Virus record (IMG/VR): IMGVR_UViG_3300031953_000001
Strand: one strand, 5' to 3'
DNA: 64,000 bases
Origin: a virus
Lineage: Duplodnaviria > Caudoviricetes
This document shows positions 18,655-29,431 of this stretch, one piece after another (position 1 is the first letter of the stretch; each line of letters begins with the position of its first letter). The translations under genes and the position numbers were made by a program. The notes beneath the pieces are model-generated. The model was not told where the DNA came from, searched no databases, and worked only from the letters and a program-made list of their open reading frames with translations.

Positions 18655-18717
18655 GTGCGCTCTCCTAAAATACAAGGATAAACACGGGTGGGAACCTCCA
18701 CCCGCGCGTTGTGCAGT

Positions 18718-21399
18718 TTAATCAATTGACAGATACAAGACACCTTCTGGTCCTGCGGTCTGCCAACCTAGCTGAGACGCACCCAGAGCACTCAAGATGA
18801 CGTTTTCGGGCGTGGTGGGAACTGTGTTCCAGAACCGACCGCCGTCGATGCTACGAATGACGGTGTTGGCTTCGGTTAAGGCGCCCCACAACCCAAATTC
18901 GTCAATCACCAAATCCTTCAACTGAGCGGTGTGTGCCAAGAGTTGCCAACCGTTGTTGACCGGACTGTATCGGTGATGCGCTCCCCCGACATCCACCGCC
19001 ACTACGTGACCCTCAGCGTCCGACCCTACGTGGGCGTAAGCTTCAGTGGCTGGCACTTCTGGAACCATAACCCCACCCAGAACATCGCTCCAACTAAAGA
19101 TCCCCGCTACTGTGGCCATGTAATAACTGCCAGCCGCTACCAAGGTGGCATCGGTGACGTCAGGAAACGCACTCAGATCAACTCCAGCGTTAAAGGTTAG
19201 ACCGCCGTCGGTTGATTCTCGAAGGGTTTGAACACCCACCAAAGTAACGACTTGATTGTGATCGGTGACCATAGCGACCACTGGAAACAGAGGCTCGCTG
19301 CTGAGGTCGACTTCAGACCAGGACGCCCCGGCATCGATGGATCGCCACAGACGACCTGAGACGGTCGTCAATAGATAGACATCGCCAGTGAGGTACTTGA
19401 TCTCAGAGACGGTTTCAGTGATGCCCACGTTGACCTGAGACCACCCCAGACCATTGTTGGTGCTACGTGCAATCAGTCCGTTGGTGCCACCCACTACCCA
19501 GCGGCTGCTGCTATCCCCGTCAATGCTTTGAACCACGTCCGTAGGTTGAGTAAAGACCCCCGACAAATCCCCAGACTCAAAGCGGATCACGTGCTTCCCA
19601 CTCAGGTCCCACATGCTGTCTTCGAACGCAGTGGTAAGATTCTGGTTAAGGATGACGATCTCTTCGTTGGTCACGTAGATCTGTTCGATGTCCAACGTGA
19701 TGGAATCCAAAAGATCCGGTAAGGTGAGTCCCGCAAACAACGCGCTGTTGGCCGCGGTGTCGTTGATGCTCAGTTTACCCAACAGCAAGGTGTCGATATC
19801 GCTTGCCGCATAACCGCCCACTTGATCGATGGTAACCTGATGTGGGTTGTTCAGATCCGATACGTGTTCGGTCAGAGTCGTCCCATTGTTGGTTTGAGTG
19901 GTTTCCAACTCGTTCAGTCGATTGCCCAGGTTCCCGTAGGAACTGCTGACGTAGGAATCGATTGCTGACCTCACCGTCTGTGGGGTCATAAACCGATCGC
20001 CCCTCAGTCCATCATTAGCTTCCACGGCTGTGGCGGTGGCGTAGTTGCTCACCAGACCCAAACCGACTTGCGCCTTGGTGACGTTGTGGGGATTGGCGTC
20101 ACTGTTGATGTGACTTCCCGCCACGTCGCCAACCAACTCGTTGATGCTCAACCGCACCAAATACGGCGTCATAAACCGATCGATGGCGGTGGCGTCTCGG
20201 GCTTCGACTTCACTGGCGGTGATGAAATTATCCACACCACCCAAACCCACTTGCGCCTTAGTCACCTGATGAGGATTGGTGTAGTCGCTTATGTGCTCGC
20301 CTAATGGCCCTGAGGCCATGTCCTCAACCAACATCTTGGTATGGTACGGCGACATAAAGTAACTGGGTGAGTTCCCCGCTACGGCAATCGCGTTGCTGGC
20401 CATGGGGTAATTGGGTACCGACCCCAAACCCACTTGTGCGGCGGTGGTGCTGTGGGGGTTGTCTTGACTGTTGACGTGGTCCCCAACTCCCGTGCCTATC
20501 TTCTCATTCATCAATACCGTGACGCTTGCAGGCGTCATGTAATGCGCCTCAGAGACGCCGTCGCGAGCAGTCACATCATCCGCAGGCGGATAGTTGACTA
20601 CATTGGACAAACCGATCTGAGCCTTAGTGACTTGGTGAGGATTCTCCAGGTCGTCGGCGTGCGCGCCGTACGCATCGGCCACTTGATCGGCGATCGCGGT
20701 TTTAACCGCGCTGGGCGTCATGTACCGATCGTTACGATCGCCCTCACGGGCTTCGTTGATACTGGCTATGGGGTAATTGGACACCAGCGCCAGACCGACT
20801 TGCGCTTTAGTGACGTTGTGAGGATTGGTGTAATCGGTGAGGTGATCGCCGACCACGTTCTCACCGCTGCCGGCGGTTTCAATCGCTGCGCGAATAGCGT
20901 CCAACGAATCGTTGACTTCAGCCATGCCCACCAGATCGGTGAGGTTCCACTCGTGATCGATCACCGGGAAAGTGGCTGGTTGTTCGACCACTTGCTCCCA
21001 GGTGGTGACCCGAGGGTTGCTCATGGCGTTGGCCAACATCTCAGCCGCGGCTTCTTCGTTGATGGTCCAAGGACCGCCCAAGGTCTGATAGGTGACTTCC
21101 ACCACGCCGGTTAAGTCTCGATCGTACAGTGAGATGGCCCCATAGATCGGCTTAGCCGTTGCTCGGGAGGCACTCAGGAACTGATAACCCAGAACGTAAT
21201 CGACGCCATCAACCAACTGCTGTCCGCTAGGCCAGTGGGTGATGATTAGGTTTTCTTTAAAGAACGGACCAGCCAGAGGCACAACGAAATAATAGTCGTT
21301 GTAGTCTGGGGGATTGATAACGTGACGTTCATTTTGAATCAGGTTACCGCTCGCCTGACCTGTAGGATCAAACGGATAAGCGTACTGTTGTTCACTCAT
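18718..21399 (-). CDS. tail-fibre-type virion protein: NPH/QVGL repeats plus C-terminal Asp-box (BNR) beta-propeller
   Basis: Five full repeats and one partial; RSTNNGLGW, WRSIDAGASW, ESTDGGLTF, RSIDGGRFW. Confidence 0.78.
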   Translation of the reverse strand: MSEQQYAYPFDPTGQASGNLIQNERHVINPPDYNDYYFVVPLAGPFFKENLIITHWPSGQQLVDGVDYVLGYQFLSASRATAKPIYGAISLYDRDLTGVVEVTYQTLGGPWTINEEAAAEMLANAMSNPRVTTWEQVVEQPATFPVIDHEWNLTDLVGMAEVNDSLDAIRAAIETAGSGENVVGDHLTDYTNPHNVTKAQVGLALVSNYPIASINEAREGDRNDRYMTPSAVKTAIADQVADAYGAHADDLENPHQVTKAQIGLSNVVNYPPADDVTARDGVSEAHYMTPASVTVLMNEKIGTGVGDHVNSQDNPHSTTAAQVGLGSVPNYPMASNAIAVAGNSPSYFMSPYHTKMLVEDMASGPLGEHISDYTNPHQVTKAQVGLGGVDNFITASEVEARDATAIDRFMTPYLVRLSINELVGDVAGSHINSDANPHNVTKAQVGLGLVSNYATATAVEANDGLRGDRFMTPQTVRSAIDSYVSSSYGNLGNRLNELETTQTNNGTTLTEHVSDLNNPHQVTIDQVGGYAASDIDTLLLGKLSINDTAANSALFAGLTLPDLLDSITLDIEQIYVTNEEIVILNQNLTTAFEDSMWDLSGKHVIRFESGDLSGVFTQPTDVVQSIDGDSSSRWVVGGTNGLIARSTNNGLGWSQVNVGITETVSEIKYLTGDVYLLTTVSGRLWRSIDAGASWSEVDLSSEPLFPVVAMVTDHNQVVTLVGVQTLRESTDGGLTFNAGVDLSAFPDVTDATLVAAGSYYMATVAGIFSWSDVLGGVMVPEVPATEAYAHVGSDAEGHVVAVDVGGAHHRYSPVNNGWQLLAHTAQLKDLVIDEFGLWGALTEANTVIRSIDGGRFWNTVPTTPENVILSALGASQLGWQTAGPEGVLYLSID

Positions 21400-21516
21400 G
21401 TGACGATCCTTTAGAGTAAAAGGAGTGAAATCCTATAGAGAAGCTTCTATATTTGCCATATCATTTAACCGATGCTCCGCAGCCTCTGTGGGGTCAGACC
21501 ATCAAGGAGACGCTGC

Positions 21517-22755
21517 ATGTCCTATAGCTACGTGAAAGCTATCGTAAAATCGAAAGGTCGCGGAGAGCGCTGGCGTGAGGAAGACGTGCGCGGCATGACG
21601 TTGGCTTCCCTGTTAAACAACCACGTAAACGGCCGCATAGAACTGACCCACCCCGTCTTAACCGAGCCGCAAACCTTAACCCTAGACACCATGCGCCCTT
21701 TGGTGGGCGCGTTGAATGTTACGGTCGAGGAGTGGCTGGTGAGCTTAGGCGATCGGAGTCTTCCAACCACGACGGGTTCGGTGGCCTTGAACACCAAAAC
21801 GGCGACCAACATCGATGCCTGGATGGCTGGGTTTGATGTGGAGCCTGCACGAATGGGTTCTCACCCCGACAACGTTTGGGGAAAAGAGCAGATGGTGGAC
21901 CTGTTACTGACCCGCGATGCAACCGACTACGACGACCTCTATCGTCATTGTCTGGTCACCGTCAACGGCTTGGTACATCGCACCTCCGCCTCAGAGGCCG
22001 GACTCTACGTGGTAAAAGGCGCCCGCTCGCAAGTGGACAGCAACCAAACCAACGTGGCTTTGACCTCCTTTGCCGACATAGCGCCGTTGCAGTTCGTCGA
22101 TCTGAATCGAGATATGCTGTACCGTCCCAACCCAGAGGTCAAAAGTTATCAGCAAGCGTATTTGAACTTAGGAGTACCTACAGAGAACCGATCGGTGCTG
22201 TTGGTGATTGGTGGGTACCTTCATTTGTTGGACGATGTTTATCAATCGATTGGGGATGGATTACTGAAGATCGACTTTAACGCTTACCCGATGGTCCAGC
22301 GGTATTACGAGTCACGCACGTTGATCGATCTGAGCACATTGCCGCTGTCGACCTTTGATCAGAACGAAAGCCAACGCGACGTCAACGAGTTGATTCGCTC
22401 AGAGGCCACCATCGAAGCGCTGTTGGATCTGGATGAGACTTTCGCCGTGGTGGTGGCAAGCGACAGTCTGTACGTGGTTAAGCATCAAGTGGAGAAGTCG
22501 GGGTTGGTGGGTACCTTCATCAGTCAAACTCGTCCCCTGTGGCCGCTGCGGACGCAACGCGGAAAGCTTAAAGAGTATTGGGCGTACGAAGACGACGGGT
22601 GTTGGGTGATCAACTGTCAAAGCAACCTGTTGCCTAACTACCAGTTCGAACACACGCACTATGAGACCTTAGCCTCCATTACGGACGCACGTATCCCCAG
22701 TGCCCCTCGCTATCAAGATCGCGGGTTCTTACTGGAAATTGGTAAAGACCTTTAA
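21517..22755 (+). CDS. virion structural protein, phiKZ-like
   Basis: ATG 21517 with AAGGAG SD; long ORF within the structural region. Confidence 0.6.
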   Translation: MSYSYVKAIVKSKGRGERWREEDVRGMTLASLLNNHVNGRIELTHPVLTEPQTLTLDTMRPLVGALNVTVEEWLVSLGDRSLPTTTGSVALNTKTATNIDAWMAGFDVEPARMGSHPDNVWGKEQMVDLLLTRDATDYDDLYRHCLVTVNGLVHRTSASEAGLYVVKGARSQVDSNQTNVALTSFADIAPLQFVDLNRDMLYRPNPEVKSYQQAYLNLGVPTENRSVLLVIGGYLHLLDDVYQSIGDGLLKIDFNAYPMVQRYYESRTLIDLSTLPLSTFDQNESQRDVNELIRSEATIEALLDLDETFAVVVASDSLYVVKHQVEKSGLVGTFISQTRPLWPLRTQRGKLKEYWAYEDDGCWVINCQSNLLPNYQFEHTHYETLASITDARIPSAPRYQDRGFLLEIGKDL

Positions 22756-22775
22756 TCGACAGAACGGCATAAACA

Positions 22776-22798
22776 GAGGAGGCCCAAAAGGCCTCCTC
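22776..22798. terminator. bidirectional terminator hairpin
   Basis: GAGGAGGCC-CAAAA-GGCCTCCTC between convergent genes. Confidence 0.8.
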
Positions 22799-22806
22799 TT
22801 ATTCGG

Positions 22807-23961
22807 TTAAGTGAAATTTGGGGCGTTGGTGGACAGCAGTGAACTGTAATCTGCAAAGCTAGCGTATGAGGTAACGTTACTCACATCCCAGCCTTTGATG
22901 TACTGATTGAACGCGGAGGCGAAGTTGAACATTTGCCTCATGTTCGTTACGCTACCGACGTTCCAGTTGTTCAGGGGTTGGTTGAAGACACTGGCTCGGT
23001 TGAACATGCCCTCCATGTTAATAACCTGACTGACGTTCCAACCGCCGATGGCGCCATTAAACGCACCCGCTTGTCTAAACGTATCCGTCATAGTTAATAC
23101 GCTACTCACGTCCCAACCACTGATGTCTTGGTTAAAGACGTTAGTTGACTTGAACATGTACGCTATACTCACCACACCACTGACATCCCAAGCGGCCAAC
23201 GGCTGGTTGAACGCATAAGCAAGTAAGAACATCGACGTCATGTCCACTACGTTGCTCGTGTCCCAGTGATTGATGTTGCTGTTAAAGTTAGTGGCGCTGT
23301 AGAACATCTGAGCGCAGCTTGCGCCTGGTAAAAAGGTCGGGCCATCGCTGGCGCTGATCACAAACCCAGTTCGCCGAGCAAACATCGCCTGAGCCGAAGC
23401 GAACTCCACCTCACCCCATTGCATCACGTCTTTGAGTTGCTGTTGCGATTCGACTAATGGGTTAGTGAAACCATTGATCGTACCGTGAACTTCTACGGTG
23501 TATTGGCCGGGTGTCGAGTAGTCGTGTGAGGCAGCTCCAGTGAACGCCTGAATTTCTGACCCATCGCCCCAGTCGATGGTGACGTCACTGCCTGTGGCAA
23601 AGGACAGAATCACGTTGGTCGCACCGCCGGCCGTACCCTCGGTGTCCACCAGTAATTTCATACCGTCACCGAACAGACGTCCGGTGCGGAGGATGGTGGC
23701 GATGTCGTCGCGAACCAACGCGTTCATGGCCGCAGGGCGGCTGAACAGTTGGTCGTCATTGGTAACCGTAGGGTCGTCTTGTTTGACCTGAGAAATCAGC
23801 TTAGCGTACTCATCTCCTGTGGCTATGGCCAACGCTTTAGCGTCATCGAGTGCCTGTTGTGTGATGGTGCTGGTGCTGAAATCCAACACGGCTTGCTTGT
23901 AATCGTCGATTGCGGTATTGAGTTCGGCTCGTTTTACATCCAGGTCGTTCAGGGTCGCCAT
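22807..23961 (-). CDS. DUF285/BspA-type repeat protein (6 repeats) with PKD-like domain, copy 1
   Basis: 25-aa repeats FNxxIxxWdVSxVxxMxxMF; IDWGDG...HDYSTPGQYTV. Confidence 0.85.
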   Translation of the reverse strand: MATLNDLDVKRAELNTAIDDYKQAVLDFSTSTITQQALDDAKALAIATGDEYAKLISQVKQDDPTVTNDDQLFSRPAAMNALVRDDIATILRTGRLFGDGMKLLVDTEGTAGGATNVILSFATGSDVTIDWGDGSEIQAFTGAASHDYSTPGQYTVEVHGTINGFTNPLVESQQQLKDVMQWGEVEFASAQAMFARRTGFVISASDGPTFLPGASCAQMFYSATNFNSNINHWDTSNVVDMTSMFLLAYAFNQPLAAWDVSGVVSIAYMFKSTNVFNQDISGWDVSSVLTMTDTFRQAGAFNGAIGGWNVSQVINMEGMFNRASVFNQPLNNWNVGSVTNMRQMFNFASAFNQYIKGWDVSNVTSYASFADYSSLLSTNAPNFT

Positions 23962-24012
23962 ATCAAATTCCAGTGTGGTGTCATTAGGGGGTGATCATAG
24001 AATGTTGGATTA

Positions 24013-24759
24013 TCAACCGGGAGGTTTGGGGGGGATAGAGACACTGGAACCAAAGTGTGTGATGAACCATTTCCAACTCAAATCCACGAAGATCGCCTCC
24101 CAGGTTTCCACGGGCGTAGGACTTGTCCCATTCGGGTCGATGTTTTGAAACATAGCGTTGATGGCCACGTCAGAGATGGCGTCCGAGTATTGAGTCAACA
24201 ACACATTTACCTTAGCGGCGTCCAGTGGCCAAGCTACGTCGAGGATGTCAGGTTCAGCTTCCAATCGAGGCGAGCTGGCGGGTGTCGGTTCAGGCGTGGC
24301 AAGCGGGTCGGCGACTATGAAGTCGTCGTAATAACTCAAAGGTCGACTGAGGGTGGTTTCAATAAACCCACCCATAACGAAAATGGCTTTGGCGTTGCTG
24401 TTGACCAAGGTGCTGGCATCGCCTGCCCCGTGACCGTAATGTACCGACAAGAACCCAAACAATCCGGAAATGACGTTCTTCACCGTCTGAGCAGGCAAGG
24501 GGGCGTGATTGACATACCCCATCAACGCTGTATTAAAGACGAGCCAGTAAGGTGCGTACTCCACACTGCCCGCTTGGCGATCGGATCGATCGTAGGTGTA
24601 GGCCTCCATGGCCAGTAATTTGTGATAAAACGGAAGGTCGTACTCACCAATGCGGGCATCGATCTTTGATTCAAGGTGCGGTATGACCAATCCCAACGAC
24701 TGCAACTGAGTGCGCAGCGCCTCGTCGGCGATGTCGGCGTACGGAATGGTGGCGGGCAT
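24013..24759 (-). CDS. hypothetical protein
   Basis: 248-aa ORF directly downstream of the PAAR-like gene. Confidence 0.6.
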   Translation of the reverse strand: MPATIPYADIADEALRTQLQSLGLVIPHLESKIDARIGEYDLPFYHKLLAMEAYTYDRSDRQAGSVEYAPYWLVFNTALMGYVNHAPLPAQTVKNVISGLFGFLSVHYGHGAGDASTLVNSNAKAIFVMGGFIETTLSRPLSYYDDFIVADPLATPEPTPASSPRLEAEPDILDVAWPLDAAKVNVLLTQYSDAISDVAINAMFQNIDPNGTSPTPVETWEAIFVDLSWKWFITHFGSSVSIPPKPPG

Positions 24760-24760
24760 G

Positions 24761-25066
24761 TTAATCTCCTGTGGTAGAATCGGGGGAGCCGGTGGTCAGT
24801 ATGTAGGTGCCGCCCGGCAATAAACCAAGATCGCCAATGCGATGCACGCCTTGGCCTTCGGCTCGGGTGGTCTGTGAGCTGCCAGAGACGATGCTCACGT
24901 GACCGCACGTCGATAACCCTAGGCTGAGTCGGGTCGTCACTGGGATGCCGTTAGCGCCAACCGTAGCCGCCCCTGTGACCATGGTGGTGATTATGCCGAT
25001 GGTGCCAGGATGGGGAGAACAGGTCCCTATCCCAATGTCTCCGATACGTCCAGGGGGTTTGCTCAT
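24761..25066 (-). CDS. PAAR-like spike tip protein (phiKZ gp163-like)
   Basis: RIGD...CSPHPG...CGH...RIGD motifs, about 100 aa, directly after the spike gene. Confidence 0.75.
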   Translation of the reverse strand: MSKPPGRIGDIGIGTCSPHPGTIGIITTMVTGAATVGANGIPVTTRLSLGLSTCGHVSIVSGSSQTTRAEGQGVHRIGDLGLLPGGTYILTTGSPDSTTGD

Positions 25067-25077
25067 GGGGTGCCTCA

Positions 25078-26739
25078 CTAAGCGTAGTAGTTTGTAAGAC
25101 CGGGTGTGTATTTGCCGTTCAACATGGTTAGCAGTTGCCCGCGCTGATGGGTTTTGATGGGGTCAAAGCTGATGTGCAACCAAATAGAGTTGCCGTGTTC
25201 AAAGATCAGCTGGTCGCACGGTAGGTTCTCAGCAATCCATTCGGCCACCTCCATGTACTTCTGAGACGACCACCCAGCCCCTTGAATGTCGGCGGCTTGA
25301 CCGCGGGTGTGTTGACTGGCGCCATTTCCCACGCGATAACCGGAGTTGACCGTGAAGTCCCCAAATTGATCGGCGGTGGGCTGCAGTATCTTTTCAGCCA
25401 AGTGTTCCAAGTTAGACACAAGGTCTTGAACGCTTAACCCCCCCTGCGCTCGGATAGAATGAGGGAAGACCGCTTGGGCTGACAACTCCCCGATGGTGAA
25501 CTGAGTTGACCCTAAGCGAAGACTGTAGTCTACCCGCACGCCGATCTCGGTGGTGCTGGTCAATTCCCCAGTGGGCTTTTCCGTTGACTGCTGGGTTGAG
25601 ACTACTTTAGCCTCACCGGTGTACCCGCTCGGTTTAGTGTCCGGCGGATAGAAGGATGGAATCGAGTCGATCTCCCCTTCCTCGTCCAAGACCGCAAACC
25701 GCCCTGCGCTTTGTCGAAGCGTGGCGGTGGCTTTGATGCCGTACTCTTTACTCAGAGGTACCGGGTCGGGACGGACAATCGCCACAGGCGTCGGCTCTGG
25801 TCCTTTGGTGCCGTCTTGAATAGCGCCTGTGTCCACCACAGGGGCCATGCCTGCTTGGAAGTTGACACCAACCCCATCCATGGCCACAGCCCCGTCAGAC
25901 AGCACTGTGTGGCCGCCTGCGTGATAGTGCCCAGCCTCGCCCAGCACCACTTCGGTCTTATTGCCGTTGCACAACACGTTCCAATCCCCGCCGACAAACT
26001 GGTTTAAATTGCCTTCAACGTAATGCAACATGTCGCCGCCTGAGGACGCTTGCATGACATCGTCACTGCGTACCCGCACTTTGTCTTTGGCGTAGCCGTA
26101 CATCCGAGTCTTTTCTAAGGTGACTTCGGTCATGTCCTTGTTGATGGCCTGAATCTTGGTCTTGGCCGAATCCAAGGTTACCGTGTTGCCCACCTGGTCG
26201 GTCAAAAAGAACTTACCCTTGGCCGTATCCAGCTGCATGGTGTATTCAAAAGGCTCGCCGTTGGCTTGGGTGGTGTGCAAGGTCAAATGTTTGCCGTGGG
26301 TGGAGATCTCCAAGGAGTACATGTTCTCTGGCAAACTCAATGATACCTTCTCATCGGAGGTGGCGCTCCAGGCGTAGATGACCGTCTCCAGGCGACGTAG
26401 GTCATCGTCTATGCCCATGGGACTCCAGTAGTACTGATCAACGTCGGCGTATTGCCAGATCAGCAGGTGCTCCCCGCGGCGAACGTCGGGAGAGCTGACT
26501 CGGTTGCTGCCCCAAGGTAACCATCGCGCTGTGAGCGTGCTGGAGGTGTTGAGTACCACCGAGTAATCCACTCCGTTTTTATCAACGCCACCCACTTCGG
26601 TTTGCGTTAACGCCTCAATCAAGTCGCCGTCTACCCCAGGCACCAATTCGATGGGGGTGATGGGCAACTCGTGACTGTCGAGCGCTTTGTTTTCTGCCGC
26701 GACTCCGATGGAGACCACGCGCAGTTTGGATTTGAACAT
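25078..26739 (-). CDS. central spike protein (phiKZ gp164-like) fused to C-terminal M15 Zn peptidase
   Basis: Spike-like N-terminal part with beta-strand-rich repeats; C-terminal NSGYR...SQHTRGQAAD...WLHISF. Confidence 0.78.
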   Translation of the reverse strand: MFKSKLRVVSIGVAAENKALDSHELPITPIELVPGVDGDLIEALTQTEVGGVDKNGVDYSVVLNTSSTLTARWLPWGSNRVSSPDVRRGEHLLIWQYADVDQYYWSPMGIDDDLRRLETVIYAWSATSDEKVSLSLPENMYSLEISTHGKHLTLHTTQANGEPFEYTMQLDTAKGKFFLTDQVGNTVTLDSAKTKIQAINKDMTEVTLEKTRMYGYAKDKVRVRSDDVMQASSGGDMLHYVEGNLNQFVGGDWNVLCNGNKTEVVLGEAGHYHAGGHTVLSDGAVAMDGVGVNFQAGMAPVVDTGAIQDGTKGPEPTPVAIVRPDPVPLSKEYGIKATATLRQSAGRFAVLDEEGEIDSIPSFYPPDTKPSGYTGEAKVVSTQQSTEKPTGELTSTTEIGVRVDYSLRLGSTQFTIGELSAQAVFPHSIRAQGGLSVQDLVSNLEHLAEKILQPTADQFGDFTVNSGYRVGNGASQHTRGQAADIQGAGWSSQKYMEVAEWIAENLPCDQLIFEHGNSIWLHISFDPIKTHQRGQLLTMLNGKYTPGLTNYYA

Positions 26740-26828
26740 AATGCCGCTCCTAAAATGTTTCTTTCATTACATTAATGAGTCACAGTATAGATTGAGACAC
26801 CCGCCGCACCTACTTACAAGTGAGCGCT

Positions 26829-29297
26829 ATGTACATTAAGAAAGTGATCCTCAACGGATACAAGCGTATTCTACTCAGCGACATCAGATCGCTGACCATC
26901 ACCATGGACAGTGTCTTTCAAGTGATCCTGGGCACCAATGGCAGCGGTAAGAGCTCGTTGCTGCAAGAGTTAACGCCTTTGCCTGGAGACCCTAAGGATT
27001 ACCTCAAAGGAGGCAGTAAAGAGATTCACATCCAGCACAACGGCCATGACTACGTGATGACGTCCGAGTACAACGGGGCCAAGCACCATCATTGCTTTTT
27101 GAAAGACACCGAAGAGAAGAACGACGGTCACACCATCACCGTGCAACGGGAGTTGGTGCGTCAAGAGTTTGGTATCACCGAAGAGATCCGCGACTTGCTG
27201 ACTGGGGGGTTGCGCTTTACTCAAATGTCCCCCACCAAACGACGTGAAGTCATCACCCAAATGTCCGACACCGATTTGACCTACGCCATGGGGATCTACA
27301 AGAAACTGGCCACCATAGCGCGCGACAACCAAGGTACGGTCAAACACATCCGTCAGCGCATTGCAAAAGAGACGGATCAGTTGCGTGCTTTGGGCACTCA
27401 AGACGACATAGAGTCGGACGTAAAGAAGCTGCAAGACGAGCTCACCACCTTAATGGAGCACCGTCGTGCCGATCTACCTCAGTCGAGAGACGTGGAACGT
27501 CGCTTAGAGGCCACGCTAAGCTCCGCAGATGCTATTGCTCATAAGATCCTGACCTATCCCTACCGGGAAGGTGAAGCCCAGTACGGGTCCTTAGAGACCC
27601 TCACAGAGGCTACTCGAGAAAGACGCTCTCAAATACAAAGTAAGCAAGAGCTGTTGAGTCATCAAACCAAAGAACACGACAAGCTGGCGTCCTTGGTCGG
27701 ATCGCTCGGTGAGAGCGGTGTGGGGGATTTAACGGAGTTGGCTAAGAAAGCCGAGACCTTAACGGCTCGCATCGCTGCAGAGGATGCTAAGTTGGGGGAG
27801 TTCCGCTTCACCGACGACGTGAGCGACCTAGTGCCTGTGGCGCAATCGATCAAGCTGCAACTAACCGAGATTCTCAACGAGCTACCGGACAACGCCGAGC
27901 GGCGGTTCTCACGGGCTCAGTTGGAGTCGGTGGAGCAGGCCTTAAAAGAGATGCGTTCAGTGGCGGACACCAATGCCTCCAAAGCGTCTCGATGCAGCAA
28001 AGAGATTGACCACATCTTAAGCACCAAAGAGAACACCTGTCCTAAGTGCACTTACGTGTGGCGCGATGGCGTCAGTGAGGGCGATGTGGTGGTGTTGCAG
28101 GCTCGGCGTAAAGAGTACGAGGCCGCGGCTGCAGACGCCGAGGCGGCGTTCAAGGCCCACTCCGAATACCGGGAAGCCATCCATCACTACGCACATCACT
28201 TTGGGCGCATTCGAACGTTGGCCCACGCTTACCCCAAAGCCAAGAACCTGTTCGACTGGTTAATGGAAGACGATCGCATCTATCACGCGCCAGCGCAATA
28301 CATCCCGACGATCGACCGATGGATGCGGGATCTGTACATCACCGGGGAATCTCAACAGCATCAGAAAGAACTGAAGATGGTGAACGAGACTTTGGCGAAA
28401 GCCCAGATGCTCAGCGACACCAACGTGGATCACATCGGCGATACTCTGCAGGACCTGCATCGTCAGATTCAAAGTACCAGTGAGGAGGTGCGTCAAGGTA
28501 AAGTAGAGCTTGGGGCTCTGGAGAAGCGTCAAACTCACGCAACGAGAGCCGAAGGGTGGGGGCAGCAGTTGACTGAGCTGTATCAGCAGATACAACAAGA
28601 CCACGGGGTGATGACCGAGTGTTTGAAATCGGAGACCTTGGCGCGGTTGATTCGAGGACATCAATCGGAACTGGCGATCAAGACGCAGAAACTTAACGAG
28701 AAAGAATCGGTGGTGGGGATCATCAAGGATCTGGAGAAGTCCTTGGCCGAGGTGGATCGTGCGCACGAGACGCACAAGTTGCTGTGTAAAGCCTTGTCAC
28801 CCACCGATGGGGTTATTGCTGAGCAGATGACGGCGTTCATCGCCTGTTTGACCGATCAACTCAACGACATCCTGGAGCAGATCTACACTTACCCGTTGAA
28901 GATCTACCCGTGCGGTTACGATTCCGGGGAATTGGATTATAAGTTTCCATTGGTCGCAGGCGATGATCAAGTCCATGCCCCGGACATCAACAAGGGGTCT
29001 GAGGGACAGCAAGAGATCGTTGACTTTGCGTTTAAACTGATCGCGTCTTTATACTTGGGGTTTAACAACTACCCTCTGTACTTGGATGAGGTCGGGCAGA
29101 ATCAAGACGAGACGCACCTGACCAACGTGATGAACTACGTTAAGATGTTGATCGACGCCGACCGTCACAGTCAATTGTTCATGATCAGCCATTACGCCCA
29201 GGGACACGGAAGCTTTACCCAAGCCGATTACCTGGTGCTGAACGGAGCAAACATCAGTACCCCGCAAAGACACAACGAACACGCCATACTGGCTTAA
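26829..29297 (+). CDS. sbcC: SbcC/Rad50-like SMC ATPase
   Basis: Walker A GTNGSGKS, coiled coil with CPKC hook, GSEGQ signature, YLDE Walker B, ISH. Confidence 0.88.
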   Translation: MYIKKVILNGYKRILLSDIRSLTITMDSVFQVILGTNGSGKSSLLQELTPLPGDPKDYLKGGSKEIHIQHNGHDYVMTSEYNGAKHHHCFLKDTEEKNDGHTITVQRELVRQEFGITEEIRDLLTGGLRFTQMSPTKRREVITQMSDTDLTYAMGIYKKLATIARDNQGTVKHIRQRIAKETDQLRALGTQDDIESDVKKLQDELTTLMEHRRADLPQSRDVERRLEATLSSADAIAHKILTYPYREGEAQYGSLETLTEATRERRSQIQSKQELLSHQTKEHDKLASLVGSLGESGVGDLTELAKKAETLTARIAAEDAKLGEFRFTDDVSDLVPVAQSIKLQLTEILNELPDNAERRFSRAQLESVEQALKEMRSVADTNASKASRCSKEIDHILSTKENTCPKCTYVWRDGVSEGDVVVLQARRKEYEAAAADAEAAFKAHSEYREAIHHYAHHFGRIRTLAHAYPKAKNLFDWLMEDDRIYHAPAQYIPTIDRWMRDLYITGESQQHQKELKMVNETLAKAQMLSDTNVDHIGDTLQDLHRQIQSTSEEVRQGKVELGALEKRQTHATRAEGWGQQLTELYQQIQQDHGVMTECLKSETLARLIRGHQSELAIKTQKLNEKESVVGIIKDLEKSLAEVDRAHETHKLLCKALSPTDGVIAEQMTAFIACLTDQLNDILEQIYTYPLKIYPCGYDSGELDYKFPLVAGDDQVHAPDINKGSEGQQEIVDFAFKLIASLYLGFNNYPLYLDEVGQNQDETHLTNVMNYVKMLIDADRHSQLFMISHYAQGHGSFTQADYLVLNGANISTPQRHNEHAILA

Positions 29298-29302
29298 CCC
29301 AA

Positions 29303-29325
29303 GAGAGGGACCTAAGGTCCCTCTC
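29303..29325 (+). terminator. terminator-like hairpin
   Basis: GAGAGGGACC-TAA-GGTCCCTCTC directly after the SbcC stop. Confidence 0.65.
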
Positions 29326-29431
29326 TCTATGCCGTTTTGACTGTGATCCGAGCGAATCTCAAACCTATATCACACAGGTGAGTTGGTTCCACGAACCGCA
29401 TACCCCATACCCTATAGAAAGGAATTCCCTT

